Positions 12,001 through 24,790 of a DNA stretch of 64,000 nucleotides are shown here, in pieces. Source of the DNA: Trichoplax adhaerens. Its lineage: Eukaryota > Animalia > Placozoa. Location: contig NW_002060961.1 of assembly GCF_000150275.1 (NCBI RefSeq), positions 186,001 through 250,000 on the forward strand, read 5' to 3'. A program made the translations under genes and the position numbers. The first letter of the stretch is position 1; each line of letters starts with the position of its first letter. The notes below the pieces were generated by a model. It was not told the DNA's origin. It ran no database searches and saw only the letters and a list, made by a program, of their open reading frames with translations.

Positions 12001-14034
12001 TAACATTATAATGGACATGCCATTTAACGATATTTATCAAAAACTGTAAGGCTTAAAAATTTTTATCGTTATAATGTAATTTATATGCCATCGTTAAATG
12101 CTTTTGTATCTGTTTCATACACTATCATTTCAAATAGACATAATACACTATATTTACTGTATAAATGTTTATAATAACCTATTTCGTCAAACTTTGCGAA
12201 ATTGATTAATTATTATATATTACCATATCCATAGCAATCCAAATTAACCGAAAACTATGTTAAATTTATAAACTTATAGTTCAAAAAATAAAGTTGTTTA
12301 CTCAGTCGCAATTAAAACTGAAAACTTTCTTTCTGTCAATAAGAATACTCTCTTACACACAAATATCAGACCTAATTACTGAAGAAATAAAAATAATAAA
12401 TGAATGTCTTTACAGTAATATAATCTTGCTTCATTGATGCTTCTCTGATGCGACTAGATGTTATTCTATAAATCTACGAAATAATGTTTAGATAATCAAA
12501 GCGATTCTAAAAGCTAGAATATTATTTTTCGAATAGATGCCTATATAGTTTAACCTCATATCTAAACTAAAAGTATCAAAATTAACTTTAATTAAGCTAT
12601 AGTTATAATTGTATCGGTAATATATTGTCATCTTTGGATCATCATTATTATGCAAAGGCAGAGGAATAACGTCACTCCAATAGCTTTGTAGTAGTAAATA
12701 ACTAGAACAGTATGATATTCGTAATATAAGTATCTATATAATATGTGCAATTGTGCATACAAGTAGAAGAAATTCTCTTGAAATTTGATACTGCTAATAT
12801 CATACTGATTTTACAGCACATATTATTCTTTATCTTTAGATTTTCATGTTATGAATCCCCTCACATAGATCAAGATGTACAAATTCTAAGCACATTGATT
12901 CGTTCCCAGTCAAAGGATTTGACGTCAGTCAATGTTCTACGAATTATCGAAGATATTGTAAAAGCTATTTCATCATTGCAAGCCCATTTGATCGTCCATG
13001 GTGGTATAGATACTAATGCTATCATTATCTATATCCCAACTGCGGTATTTAATGCATAAATATTAACTATCAGTCTTAATTTTCACTTAGTACCAAGTGT
13101 CAAATTAAACTTTGCCACTGGCAAGCAATTGTACGATAATAAATAATAGCCTATATTATCATACTTAATAGACAAATGCAGCATTTTAATTGTATAATAT
13201 TATTAACTATATCTCATGAATCCTACAGTAAATACGTGTATTAATACATATGTATACATCAGTGTTAGACTCTGTTCGATAAAATTCCCACATTCAAAGT
13301 TATACGTTCAGCGTTATTTACAACTATATTGTATTTTTAACAGATCAAGCCAATTAAGGCTGTTTTAGGCAATTTTACCGCTTCTCAAATATTAGAAAAC
13401 AACCGCTCTTCAAAATTAAACCAAGAAATTGAAAACAAAATAAATAAAAATGTAACCGATCTGGCGCAATTATACTATAGCCTCAGTTCATACTGCCAAT
13501 CCAAAATAACTATGGTATCCTGCAAATATGTTATCGATAGTGAGCAAGTTTATCGTCAGAATGAATCAATCGTGAAATCTCTGGCTAGTTTCTGCCTATT
13601 AATCATCTGTATTGCTTTAGCAGCATACAAAATACTTATTATGATCAGACACATGCCTACAATTACCACCACTACAGCATGCAGTTTTAATTTCTAAATA
13701 ATTAAAATATATATAAAAAAAAAATAGATGGAGTTAGTAATTGCCTCTGCAAACATCATCAGTTTTCTGAAAGGTAGTTGAGGTATTGCCTTTAATTTCC
13801 ACATAGAATTGATATAAAATACAATATGTTTCAGCTAGATTTCTAGTATTATATTTATAGGATTGATCAAGAACCGATCTAATAAATCTCATATTTATAT
13901 TTTATCAGTTAGAAAAAGAAATATCTGCCATAAATAATCATCAACGGCTAAAAACTCTGCAGGATTATCGTATTGACCATATCTTGCCAGTACTTCAAGA
14001 CACAATCAAAAATCTTACTGATATAAATGACTGA
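3048..14034 (+). CDS. LRR-containing rhodopsin-class GPCR (LGR type C / RXFP-GRL101-like) with a predicted C-terminal pseudokinase domain; 5' end not found
   Basis: LRR exons at 3048-3119, 3350-3421, 3480-3551, 4051-4122, 4378-4449, 4580-4654, 4910-4984, 5435-5506, 5818-5892, 6006-6077, 6181-6252, 6652-6723, 6888-6965, 7203-7274 and 9423-9491 (all AG/GT-bounded, phase 2, 69-78 bp). Hinge plus 7TM exon 9694-10748 (YLCC..CQP..DQFTLSTCTDIL, NLSIADF, SLDRY, TDLICWMP, NSCINPIFY). Phase-compatible downstream exons 11621-11685, 11816-11979, 12840-13044, 13344-~13514 and a tentative last exon 13909-14034. Confidence 0.85.
9694..10748 (+). other. Hinge and 7TM domain exon of the LRR-GPCR
   Basis: ORF 9632-10789 has seven hydrophobic segments, DRY, CWMP and NPIFY motifs and a short Cys hinge typical of type C LGRs. 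Confidence 0.95.
11816..13514 (+). other. Protein-kinase-fold (pseudokinase) exons downstream of the 7TM
   Basis: TYYKIKL..GLIKFYDANNKKDWQSENKFY..QLQNIIQLL (subdomains II-IV), VLRIIEDIVKAISSLQAHLIVHGGIDTNAIII (VIa/b), KAVLGNFTAS (VII), NKNVTDLAQLYYSL (IX-like). Confidence 0.75.
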
Positions 14035-15918
14035 AGTAAAGAAATCCTTGCTGTGCACATTAATGGTGTAAATGTGCCGGTAATAAAATTATTAAACTTA
14101 ATCGCACAGCAAGTACTTTTCTTGGTACTATCGTGATTATACATCAATGAAAAATTCTTTAATTCTCATTAATTTAACTGCAGATTTACTTTCTACAACT
14201 AACAGCATATACCCTATAGATACTTCCTGAGATATCATTCATACCTATAAATGTTAAATACCATTTAATTTGCTTTGGCTTATACTAGTAGTCATCTTAT
14301 CCATATTGATAGTCTTATATTCATTGCAACAGTTTGCATGTTTTCAGAAGACTATTTACTGTACCCAGTTTAATCGTTGTAATGAACCATATACAAATAG
14401 GATAGCAATCATACTGCCCTCAAGTATAATTGTTTGGCGGTGATTGTAGTAGGTTTTACTCAATTAATGGTAATAATGGCTAATAACTATAATACCGTTT
14501 GATTTCTCTTTCTCTTAACAACCACTGCGATACTGCAGAATTAATCAAGTATACGAATACATTCATATATATTATACATAAAGCATTATCTTTCCCAATT
14601 TCGCGGTAGATATTCTATGCAACAATAGTGTGATATGCATTAAATTTTACTTAAATTTTAATCTCTAACAGTTTATTGATAACATTGGAGTAAAGCAAAT
14701 TCTATAGCATATTAATAGCCTATTGCAAACTTAAATCAATAAAGAATTACCGGACATAAATTCCTAGATTTGATGTTTATTTTTTATTATTTGAACTGCA
14801 ATTAAGTTTCTTTAGCCATCAAGCTGTAACAATCGGTGTAGTTCTTCTAAACACCAGCAAATACAAACCATTAAAAATGATTGATAATTACGAATAGCGT
14901 TTGAACAAATTTGTAAAGTTTTGGTGAAACATCAAGGGCAATAACTAATAGATACATGTCGATAGATAAATTTGTATACCCAATACCTTTGATTTAATGT
15001 TACAATTTTATGGTCTACGTATACTTTACTAACTTAATGGCACAACAGAAGATCTGGTACATAACATACATATAAATATATATATATATATATTAGTTTC
15101 ATATTAAGAAACCCATTCGTGTTAGAAATATTTATACTGCATAGATTTCAATTTCATGTTGAATTTCTTCTGACGCTAAAGCATCAATAATATGATGATA
15201 AGATGTAGCATACCCTAGACAGCTTGATAAACAGTATATAGCAGTAATGAATACATAATTAAAGCATACCATACTCTTTTATTACTATAACTATGATTCT
15301 AGATCATCGTGGATCTTTTGCAATTTAAATTTCTTATTGAGCAAGTCAGCCCTTCGATAATTCCTATTTTTAAAACTTTACTCACAGAGCAAGATTTGGA
15401 AAGTATCAGCAATTGGCTAAAATTTATCGTCTTGTGAGAAAGCATCAGAATTACATTTTAATGAAATTTTCCTAAGATAATGGTATCGAAATAACATTAA
15501 AAACGCTAATCCTTTCATTACGGTTTGGCAAATAGCAATTTTGATACAGCCATACAAAATAAAAGTCTAAAATCCATGCATGATATTTTTATTGGCTAGT
15601 GAATATTATACATATACGTTTAACGTTACATATTGTAGAGATATGGCAGTGATTCAAGAATTATAAAGAGATGTATCGTAGGTTTGATACTTTCAAAGCT
15701 GCCAGAATGTTGAAGTTAAATATCCGAATTCAAATTTATCAAGTATTAAAAAATTTTACGACATTACAATTAAAAATATTTCATGTTAAACGCTAAATAT
15801 TTGCTGCCCATAATCAGCTTAACTATCACTGAGTGATGGTTGTATTCTCAATATTTATTCTTTTTTCTATTGTCAGCCTGTTCAAACACATTTCTAAAGG
15901 TGGTTTCGTACCAATATT

Positions 15919-18900
15919 CTACAAACGTTGTAACGGAATCTATAAAAATCAACCATTTAAGTAAATATTCGTATCACCAATGAATTACTATGACATATGG
16001 TATCTATTAAAATTGTATGGATAACCGGTTCTTTAAACGTACAGCATGTAGATTTAGGCGTTGCAACTCTTGAACACGAATTCTATCGATAGCTAGCGTT
16101 ATTTTAGTTGAGGAAACACCAAGATCTTCAGCGAAGCGCCCAATTAAATCATAAGCCACTATGTTAGCTCCATTCTAAATTGTAAAATCAACATATATCT
16201 CATGTTCAGTTCGACATCTATTGGATAGATATGGTTATTAAAAACGATCGCTAACCTTGTCTGTGTACGGATGAACTGTTAAATCAATTCCCTCGTTAGA
16301 AAGCTTCTGATAAACCATGACATCAATATTACTTCTTCTATATTCTGATTTTGGGCGTTCTTTTCTTGAAGCAGGAGCAGCATTACCAGAACTTAGATCA
16401 TTAATCATTGAATAGCGCTTCATATTTAAGTCCGACCGAGGAGGACTACGATGGCGCAAATTATGACTTGATAAGGATCTTCTAACAGGTGGCATGACGG
16501 TGATTTTCATAGAATCATCTACATCGTCCTCATTGTCGCGCAAATGTAGATTACGGTTTCCACCTGGATTTATTTGAATAAAAAATTCGATGCATTAGTC
16601 GCTTAGTAGTTCAATATCAGCAATGAATCAATTACCATATATTGTAATAATATTGAGGCCAATAATAAGCGCATGGCGTAGAGATATGCTCGTAGACTTT
16701 TACCTGATTCTTCGTTCTGTGAATATCCTGATAACCTGGCATTATTTTCCGCTTCAGTATTATCTAGCTCTTCGGCCTTTTGTAGCGCAATAATTAAGAA
16801 ACATTGCCAGATAAAGCAAACCGAAACAACATAACTACACCACATAAGTTCAAAAAATAGTATCTTTTTAAATCTAAATTCCATAGATACCTTAGTACTT
16901 ACCAGTTTAATAGCAGTTTCCATTGACATTTTCTTATCTCTAACAGCCTTTAATAGTTTTAGTCGGTCAGACTGACTGAGTGATTTACCAATCGTAGGAG
17001 ACGGCGAATAAGCTAAAGAACCAAGACCTGATATTCTAGACAATGGTATCTCGTAAAAGTTGCAAAATACATCTTATTTACCTTTCCTTGCAGCAGAATC
17101 CGTTGGAGATGAATCTCTTCTGCTTCTTCGTCTAATTACCGATTCGGTTGACGATGAATCCCTTCTAATATGTTCTAATAATAGCAATAGAAATAAATTA
17201 ATCTATACTACATGTATGAACTGATACAATGTCCGGCAGTGACATATTTTAAACTATATTATACCCTTCCGATAGTTCTCTTCCATTCGATCTACTTCTG
17301 TCTGTTGAATCATATTTATTGTAAAGATTATTTTCTATTTTAGCACTTAACCTTTGACTAAATGATTTCATTCTGTTGATAAAGTATATAACTTACCCCT
17401 GTATCACTGTCCATCTCACCAGCTAAAAAAAAGGTAGAGTAGAATCTCACTTAATTTATCATAATTAATCTCTTTGGCAACTTTCGTTACATAGACATTT
17501 TGATATGATAATAACTTACTTGATTTCCGACGTAATGATAAATTAAGCGTGGATCGAAGTTTAGTACTTGTGGCTTCTTTAATATCTTTCTTTAAATTGG
17601 ACATTTTCAAAGAAAGGTTTCTCTTCCATGTTTTACCAGTCTTAGGCCGACCATCTTGAATTTGACCTAAAGCCGCATTATTGTCTTGCGAAGGCCTCTT
17701 TGGAACAGCTAATGTGAGTGTATAGATTAACAGATATCCTTTTGTTAGACATAAGGTGGTAAAAACGTTACTCTTTATTGACCATAGCCATATTTTGGTG
17801 CTAAAAAATTTCTGTAAAATATTGCTAGAGCATCACTGTACGTTGATAAACTGAAAAAGACGATAGACTAACATAAAGAAGGCAGTTTTATATTTATTAA
17901 TTAAAGTTTTTATAGATAGTTAATGCCTTGCTATCAATACAACAAGTACTACAATGCCTAATAGGATATAACTTTTACAAAGACGGTCAGTGACAATTCT
18001 AATTTGAAACGGACTAAGAATACGCAAGCATTACCTGATGTTTCTTCCCTTCGTTCAAGGTAGATATCGTTCCTGTTATCCTACATTTTATGATAAATAG
18101 TAATTAGATAGTTGGTAAGAAATTCAATAAGAACCAAATTAATGCAACATTTTAACCTATAGTGTTTTCAAATTGTAATGTAACTGATATATTTTTAAAT
18201 ATAGGCATCTTATATTATTCTTAAATATCAATACCTTTACAGTCTTCTTGCACTATATTCTAATATAGCTTATCGTATTTAGTTATTTATAGCACTTACC
18301 GTTTTCGCTATTTTCTACAATTATTTACTATTACATTGTCTATTATGGTATATGTTGTATCTAATCCTACACTCTTATTCTCTCCATGCGTTCTGTATTT
18401 ATCATAAAAACTATGATAACACCAATTTCAGCCTCAGATTATGTTAGTTGCAATAGTCGCAGTGTTAGTATTTCCTTACGCTTCTTTACGATAGCTTACG
18501 CGCTGCTCTACAAAAACTATCATATTGTATGCAATCACAGTCTACAATAAAGCATCCATTTTCTACTAAAATCTTGATGTAAAATTCTCTATATGGCAAC
18601 TAAGTTCGCTACCGCCGACTCATCGAACCCTCCATCACGTAATCTAATCTCTAAAACGTACAAGCTAGCTGTCTTAACTGCACTAATTATAACAGCATGC
18701 CATCCAAAAAAAAGATTGATCAATCTACTTTCGAATTACCTTTTCACTTTCAGCTCTGTTTGCTATAGGGGATACAACTTTACTTTTAATATTTTGCTTG
18801 ATTCCTCGTACTCTTAAAGATTGCAATTGTTGTAAAATTTCTAAAGCTGATGCATCCAAGGTATCCGAATAGTTTAACGCCAACTCTGATAATCGATCGC

Positions 18901-21900
18901 TATCCTAAACATAGGAAATAAAAGCCATTTAACAAAGTATGTTATAGGTGCATAGTCGAAATATCATGCACCAGTTTAAGTCATCACATCAACTTAATCA
19001 GCTTACAACCCCTGTTACACGAAATCTATCTTACGAAATAAGATATTGACTGGGAGTATATTGTAAGCCGTCGGCACAATTTTCCTAATCATTCATTAGT
19101 GCATCGAAAACTGATCTAATGCATTAATTGTTCTTTTATCATTGACACAGTGAAGATACTGGGTTAATCAAGTTCTTTGAAATACTGTAAAAACATGTCA
19201 TAGGAGGGAAGAGAAAGACTAAAGACTACACCATAAAGTCAAAACCTCTAGCGTGGTTAATCCGGAATCAGCTGTAAATAAATTTATGAAAGGGCAAATT
19301 GTGTCTTATCCTTTTCCAACTTTAGCCAACAATACAGTTGGTGTAAATCTACACACAAGTACTAAGATTAACTACGAAAATGTTCCACCCTTTTCTCTTT
19401 TCCAAGCCTTTTGTATCCAACTACAGTATGATCATAATCATCTAAAATATCGATCAAGTTGATCAGTGATCAAAAATTTCTCTACTTTACTCGTAGCCAC
19501 ATTGAAAGCATCAATAATTAATTTAATGCGTGCATTAAACTGGATTCAACTCGCATCAGAAATCCAATATCTTTCGGTCAATTTTGCTTTAGATAATGTG
19601 ATTACCACTGCTATTGTATGACTATCCGTGGCGCCATTTTGTAATGACATCAATAGTCTGGGGGGTTTATTGCATTACCTATCATTAATACCATATTGGC
19701 TTAAAAACTACGCCATTGATGATGATGTTCTTGAGAGATAGCAATACGCTGTTATGAAACTCATATTGTCCATTAATTATTCCCATAATATTTTCTGCTC
19801 TATTTATTTCCACTTACGGTTTACTGTCTGATTTCTACCAATTAGGTATGTCAAAGTATGAATATTATAATTATGCTATTGTACCAGTCAACAGTCTTAA
19901 TTAACCAAGAAAGTAAGCCCAAGGAAAGATAGCCATTATTACACCCAACTGGCTCTCGTTTCTACTTTTTGCCTTAACAGCAGGCATTCTACGCGGTATT
20001 ATTAGCAATATTGTTAGTATAGGTCATCATTTCTTACAGTATAAGAGTATCAGGATATTTACTCGGATCCATTTACTACAGTAATGGATAGAATATCCAA
20101 ATAATACAGCAGTACAATCAAATAAAACCTTCCGGCCATCCTCGTAACAATTGGAGTTAGTTCAAGATTCTTTCTCGAATACATAACAGTAACAGCTGTT
20201 ATAGAAGGGAAAAAATATTAAGTTATTTTGTCGTGTTTTACTGACTACACTTTTTGATGCATAATGTGTGACCGTTGACCAACTGTAGCGTGCAATAATT
20301 AATAAGAATTCTATCGTATGATTGCCTTTATATCAACAAGCCATGAGGTTATTTAGAAGGATCCTTTTGTGTTTACGGATTAGATGATATATTTATTTGC
20401 ATCTATCCGCAACCTATGTAATGAAATCTTGCCATATAGTATGATTGATGACGGGAAGTAAATAAAAGTAGTGAATAAATCGTACTTTTTAATCATTACA
20501 GCTTTAGCGACAATATCCGATGTTAAGTGCAAAGATGCGAGAAATGCGAATGGCAATATATAGTAGGTATCCAAAATTGAACGAGTTCTACCGTATATCA
20601 CACAAGGACTTTATGATGGCACCTGGCTAGCATAATTCTCGTATTCAATTTTAGTCATTCACTGACATAGCCTTACATATGGAGAATATTTACCATCATT
20701 TAATTAACTATTGCGATTCTATCGATGGATAAAAAAAGGAAAATTTCGAGTCGAAAATTTTTTTCTTTCGATTTGGAAAGTCTACTGATTGATTAATTAA
20801 TTATTAGCTAAGGGCAAGCTGCCACCTTAGCTCAATACGATGCAACCCTTCTATTCTCTCTACTTGGCTATTGACTGTTTATAGCATTAAGCCAATGGAA
20901 GGAAGATTGAAGTTTCATTTTCTGCTGTCGTGATGGATGCATTTTATAGGACAAACGTAAACTATCATGGCAACACTTTATCCATGAAATATTGTTGTTA
21001 GAAAGATAGCGTATTGCTTGAACTCATCTCGTGTCTTCAGGAGTAAGGTGTTCAAATAGCTGATTGATGTTAATCGCTATAACTCTATCGACTAGATGTA
21101 TACTCGTATCCAGGGTTTAACACAACTGCCAACCTCATCGAGCAGCCAAGTTTGATCATTTTTGAAAAAGCGATGCTTTATGTATACGCTTATATTACAC
21201 ATATGTATTGTATGATCTATATACATCGTACAGTAAGTTCTCTTTCGACATTTGCTACTCCTATTCAGCTTGACAGCAATCTACGAGTACAGTCAAAAAA
21301 AGGGTCAAAGCTTGAATTGCAATCCAAGTTGGACAGGCTACTATTCCAATCTGTTGATAGCAAAATTGCCTAGCGATACCTAAAACTAAAAAGCATCATC
21401 AACCTTATCGAATATCGCACATCTTTGACGAGAGATTTCGTTGTTTACTTTTATCATTATGACTGTATGCACAAGTGATTAAAAAGGATTACTAATTGTT
21501 AATTGTTATTTGCATATGGCATATATGCCTATCTCCTGCTCTCGTTGCCCACTGTACAACTATCTCATTTGAACCAAGGGAAAAAAAAAAAATGATTGGC
21601 TTGGATTACAGTAACCCACTACGGCGTAATTATCAAATCATGGATATCTTGTTGTGTTTTTGGGGGAAATAATTTCCCTCAGTCTTTCTTCATCCATCGA
21701 TGGAGAAAAGTAACGACAAAAGTCAAGAAGTCAAAAACAATAGCGATTAAGTAAACAAAGAACGTTCTCAATGATCAATTTTTCTGCAGTCGTTGACTAT
21801 CGTCTAGTCCACACAAAAGAAAATGAATATCCTTGTACTAGTTAACATGTTATCTAGTCAACAATCTTAATCCTTATAGTGTATATCGTCGTCTTTTTCT

Positions 21901-23183
21901 ATCGATCGCCGTTAAAGGATAAAAAAAAAAAAACTAACCGATTGAAGTAGGAGTTTCGATGAATGGAAAAAAAAACTTTATCTAGTGTGTGGGACAGTCA
22001 ATAAAGCACAGCGATTGATATGATCTGGATCACTTCAACAATTTGGATTAGTTAAAGGGGTAACATGAGAGTAAATTGTCATCCATATCATGTAGACGAT
22101 TGAAGATTTTGGGTTGATTTAATGAGTAACTAAAACAATCGGTCAAGTGATTGCTTGATTGATAATTGAATTGCATGGACTATCAATCAATACAAATGCT
22201 GTAAGTTGTGTGTGTTTATAGCAAGAATGAATTGATATCATTTTCCATGGGATCCGATAAAACTATGACGGGTAGCTGTTGCCTAACATGCTAAAAGGAG
22301 AAATAGCAAGTGGGAGTTGACCTTTTGCTGAACTAATTATAATTAGTCACGTTTTACGAAGCTAAACCAATTTGCAAGTGGAGTATTGTCAAGCATTAGC
22401 ATCAAGATTGCAGTTGGTGGCCGTTTTAATCAAGACGCTTCAATGACGACGGCATACTGTAGAGTGTAGAATCGCTTTTACTAGGTGTATTGCATTTTTA
22501 CTCCAGAGTACAGTAGGACACTATCAGATAAAAAATGGCTAATATCGTATTTTGATTCCTACCTCAGCATTATAGGGCTGACGTGTTAAATCGACGCCAT
22601 CTTCGATTAATTTATCACGAAGAATCATTTTTAACTCAAGCGGAGAATATCTTTTCAATTGTCGACATGCTCCATTTTGTAAATGGAGCGGAATGACAGA
22701 ATTGGATTGATTGATTGGATTATCCACAGCAGCAGTAAAGCTAGTAGCTCGAAATCTTGCCGCAGTTGAATCAGTTGGATTAGCCGATGGATGATCTGAA
22801 TGACGGTGTGGATGAAATCGCGTTGGCGAAGAAGGAAATGAACTATCTTGAGTGTCTTCTTCATTTTCAATCTCGTAATAGTAGCCATCATTTGCGGTCT
22901 GGCCATAACGATTTCGACTGGTATCGACGAAATCATCATCACTCTCTGCCTTTGCCATCGGTGGCTGATTGGTTATTCCTTGCGATAGCTGCTGATGTAA
23001 TCGACACGAGGCCGCTATGATTGCAATCCTAGCTGATCTTTGCTGGATCCCCATCACGTTGAGATCATCATTTCCAATATTGCAACATTTTTGGAGATTG
23101 TCATAACCGCGTGTTTTAAAATGATTGTAGAAATTACTACAACCGAACGATTCCAACCACGATTGGAGGGTAAATTGATTCAT
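15919..23183 (-). CDS. SASH1: SAMD5/SASH1-family scaffold protein (N-terminal SAM plus SASH1-like helical motifs)
   Basis: Exon 1 (23183-22563) has a SAM domain (WLESFG..FKTRGYDNLQKCCNIGNDDLNVMGI) and the SAMD5-like YSPLELKMILRDKLIEDGVDLTRQPY. Exon 18904-18740 encodes DSDRLSELALNYSDTL..LQSLRVR. Several small exons lie at 18080-17080. LSQSDRLKLLKAVRDKKMSMETAI lies at ~16985-16903. The C-terminus is KLSNEGIDLTVHPYTDK|NGANIVAYDLIGRFAEDL..IDRIRVQEL..HA|IPLQRL*, with the stop at 15919-15921. Confidence 0.85.
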
Positions 23184-23683
23184 GGCACGATCAACATGAA
23201 GGCAGTATCATCGACCACCAAGAAGAATGCCGATGGTTTTAGTCGATGCTGGGATGATATGGCGTTGACTGTCCACTCCTCTAGACTAGATCGAGTCTAT
23301 ACTGTACTCACTAGTTGATCAACTGCCGTAAGCCAAAATTGGTCGCCTACCATGCACTCTCCAGCCCCCTTGTTTACCTCCCTATGGCCATCTATTGTTG
23401 GCGTGAATTTTGAATGATGTTTTTATTCCTGCTAGGCATTGAAACCCCACGTCGACAACGTTATTGGATAACAAAAGCATCAAGCAGACCGCCAGTCTAA
23501 TATAAAGAGCGTCGATATCGTTACAACAGGGATTATCATGGATTACTTAATCTCCTCTACATTAGATGGAGTAGTCGATGACCGAGGGGACGATTGTCTT
23601 GTAGGGTTCTGTCATGGGCTACTACTGGATACTAAACGGTATATAGTATCGAATCGTCCAAGGCACTGTCTAGCCAATATAGT

Positions 23684-24095
23684 CGTGGTCTCTCGCTGAT
23701 AGCAGCGATGAGTTCATTAGTAGTTTTTACTTAGAAGAAGGAGTACTCTTCGCCAGCTGTCATGATGATCCGGGTCGATTATCTTTCATGGTTCTCCGCG
23801 AAAAGAGGATCACCGCTTGGCTTGGTGGTCTATTGCTGGTAGCAGCGATGAGTTCATTAGTAGTTCTTACTTAGAAGACGGAGTACTCTTTGCCATATTG
23901 ATGATCCGAGTGGATTATCCTGCGTGGTTCTCCGCGAAAAGAGGATTACCGCTTCGCGATGTGGTCTATCGCTGGCAGCAGCGATGAGTTTCATTACTAG
24001 TTCTAACTTAGAAGACGGAGTACTCTCCGCCGTAACGACGATCTGGGTGGATTATCCATCATGGTTCTCCACGAAAAGAGGATCACCGCTTCGCT
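23684..24095. repeat. Three diverged tandem copies of a ~138-bp unit
   Basis: gtggtct..gcagcgatgagtt..cttagaaga.ggagtactct..ggattatc..tggttctcc.cgaaaagaggat.accgctt recurs at ~23684, ~23824 and ~23960. Confidence 0.92.
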
Positions 24096-24456
24096 ATGGT
24101 GAATACAGTATTATAATTGTCCTGATTGTACCGCACTTGATAAATGCAAAATCGTTGCACACTCGCTAGCTGTATAGCTAAAATAATGCGCTACTGGGCG
24201 AAAAGATAGTGCTGCGTTTCAAACTACTTGCACTGCTTCTGGTAGCCATACTATTGTCTACTGTCTGGGAGTACATCCAAAAAGAAAGTGTTAATCTATA
24301 ACATACCGATATTATATTATTCGCGTATTCTTATTACTGTATATCATTCTATATCTATAATTGTATATTATGTGGTAGCTATACCAGCCATTTTACGAAC
24401 GAATCACTCATTGCCTTAGTCATACAGTCATTTCCTTTTGAATAATAGGCAGCTTT

Positions 24457-24790
24457 ACCCTGCGCACCATGCCGTGTGAATGAGATTTCTCGCATAATTC
24501 ACAACAAAAGAGATACATTAGTACAGTTTAAGTAACATGCTTCATTAATTTAATTAATTCTACTTAGCCTCAATGTACTTTGACAAATGGAAGAAAAAAA
24601 AGCTTCCGTAGATACGCGTAGATATACAGTTGCTATTTACAGAACTGCAGTATATGACCCTTTGCACCATCCCGTATGAATGAGACTTGTCTAATAATTC
24701 ACTACAAAACAGATACATTAGTAAGTAAACATGCTTCATTGATTCATTTAGCCTTAATGTACTTTAGATAAATGGAAGAGAAAAAACTTG
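24457..24790. repeat. Diverged direct duplication (~140 bp)
   Basis: gcaccat..cgt.tgaatgaga..taattcac.acaaaa.agatacattagta..aacatgcttcatt..ttagcct.aatgtacttt..aaatggaaga occurs at ~24457 and ~24657. Confidence 0.85.

Noticed and set aside
13515-13697. Hydrophobic extension (extra TM) after the pseudokinase
   Set aside because: It is probably intron read-through past the atg|gtatcc donor. This cannot be resolved without transcripts.
22655-23318. Alternative-frame and antisense ORFs over the SAM exon
   Set aside because: They are shadows of the real coding exon and UTR, with no independent motifs.
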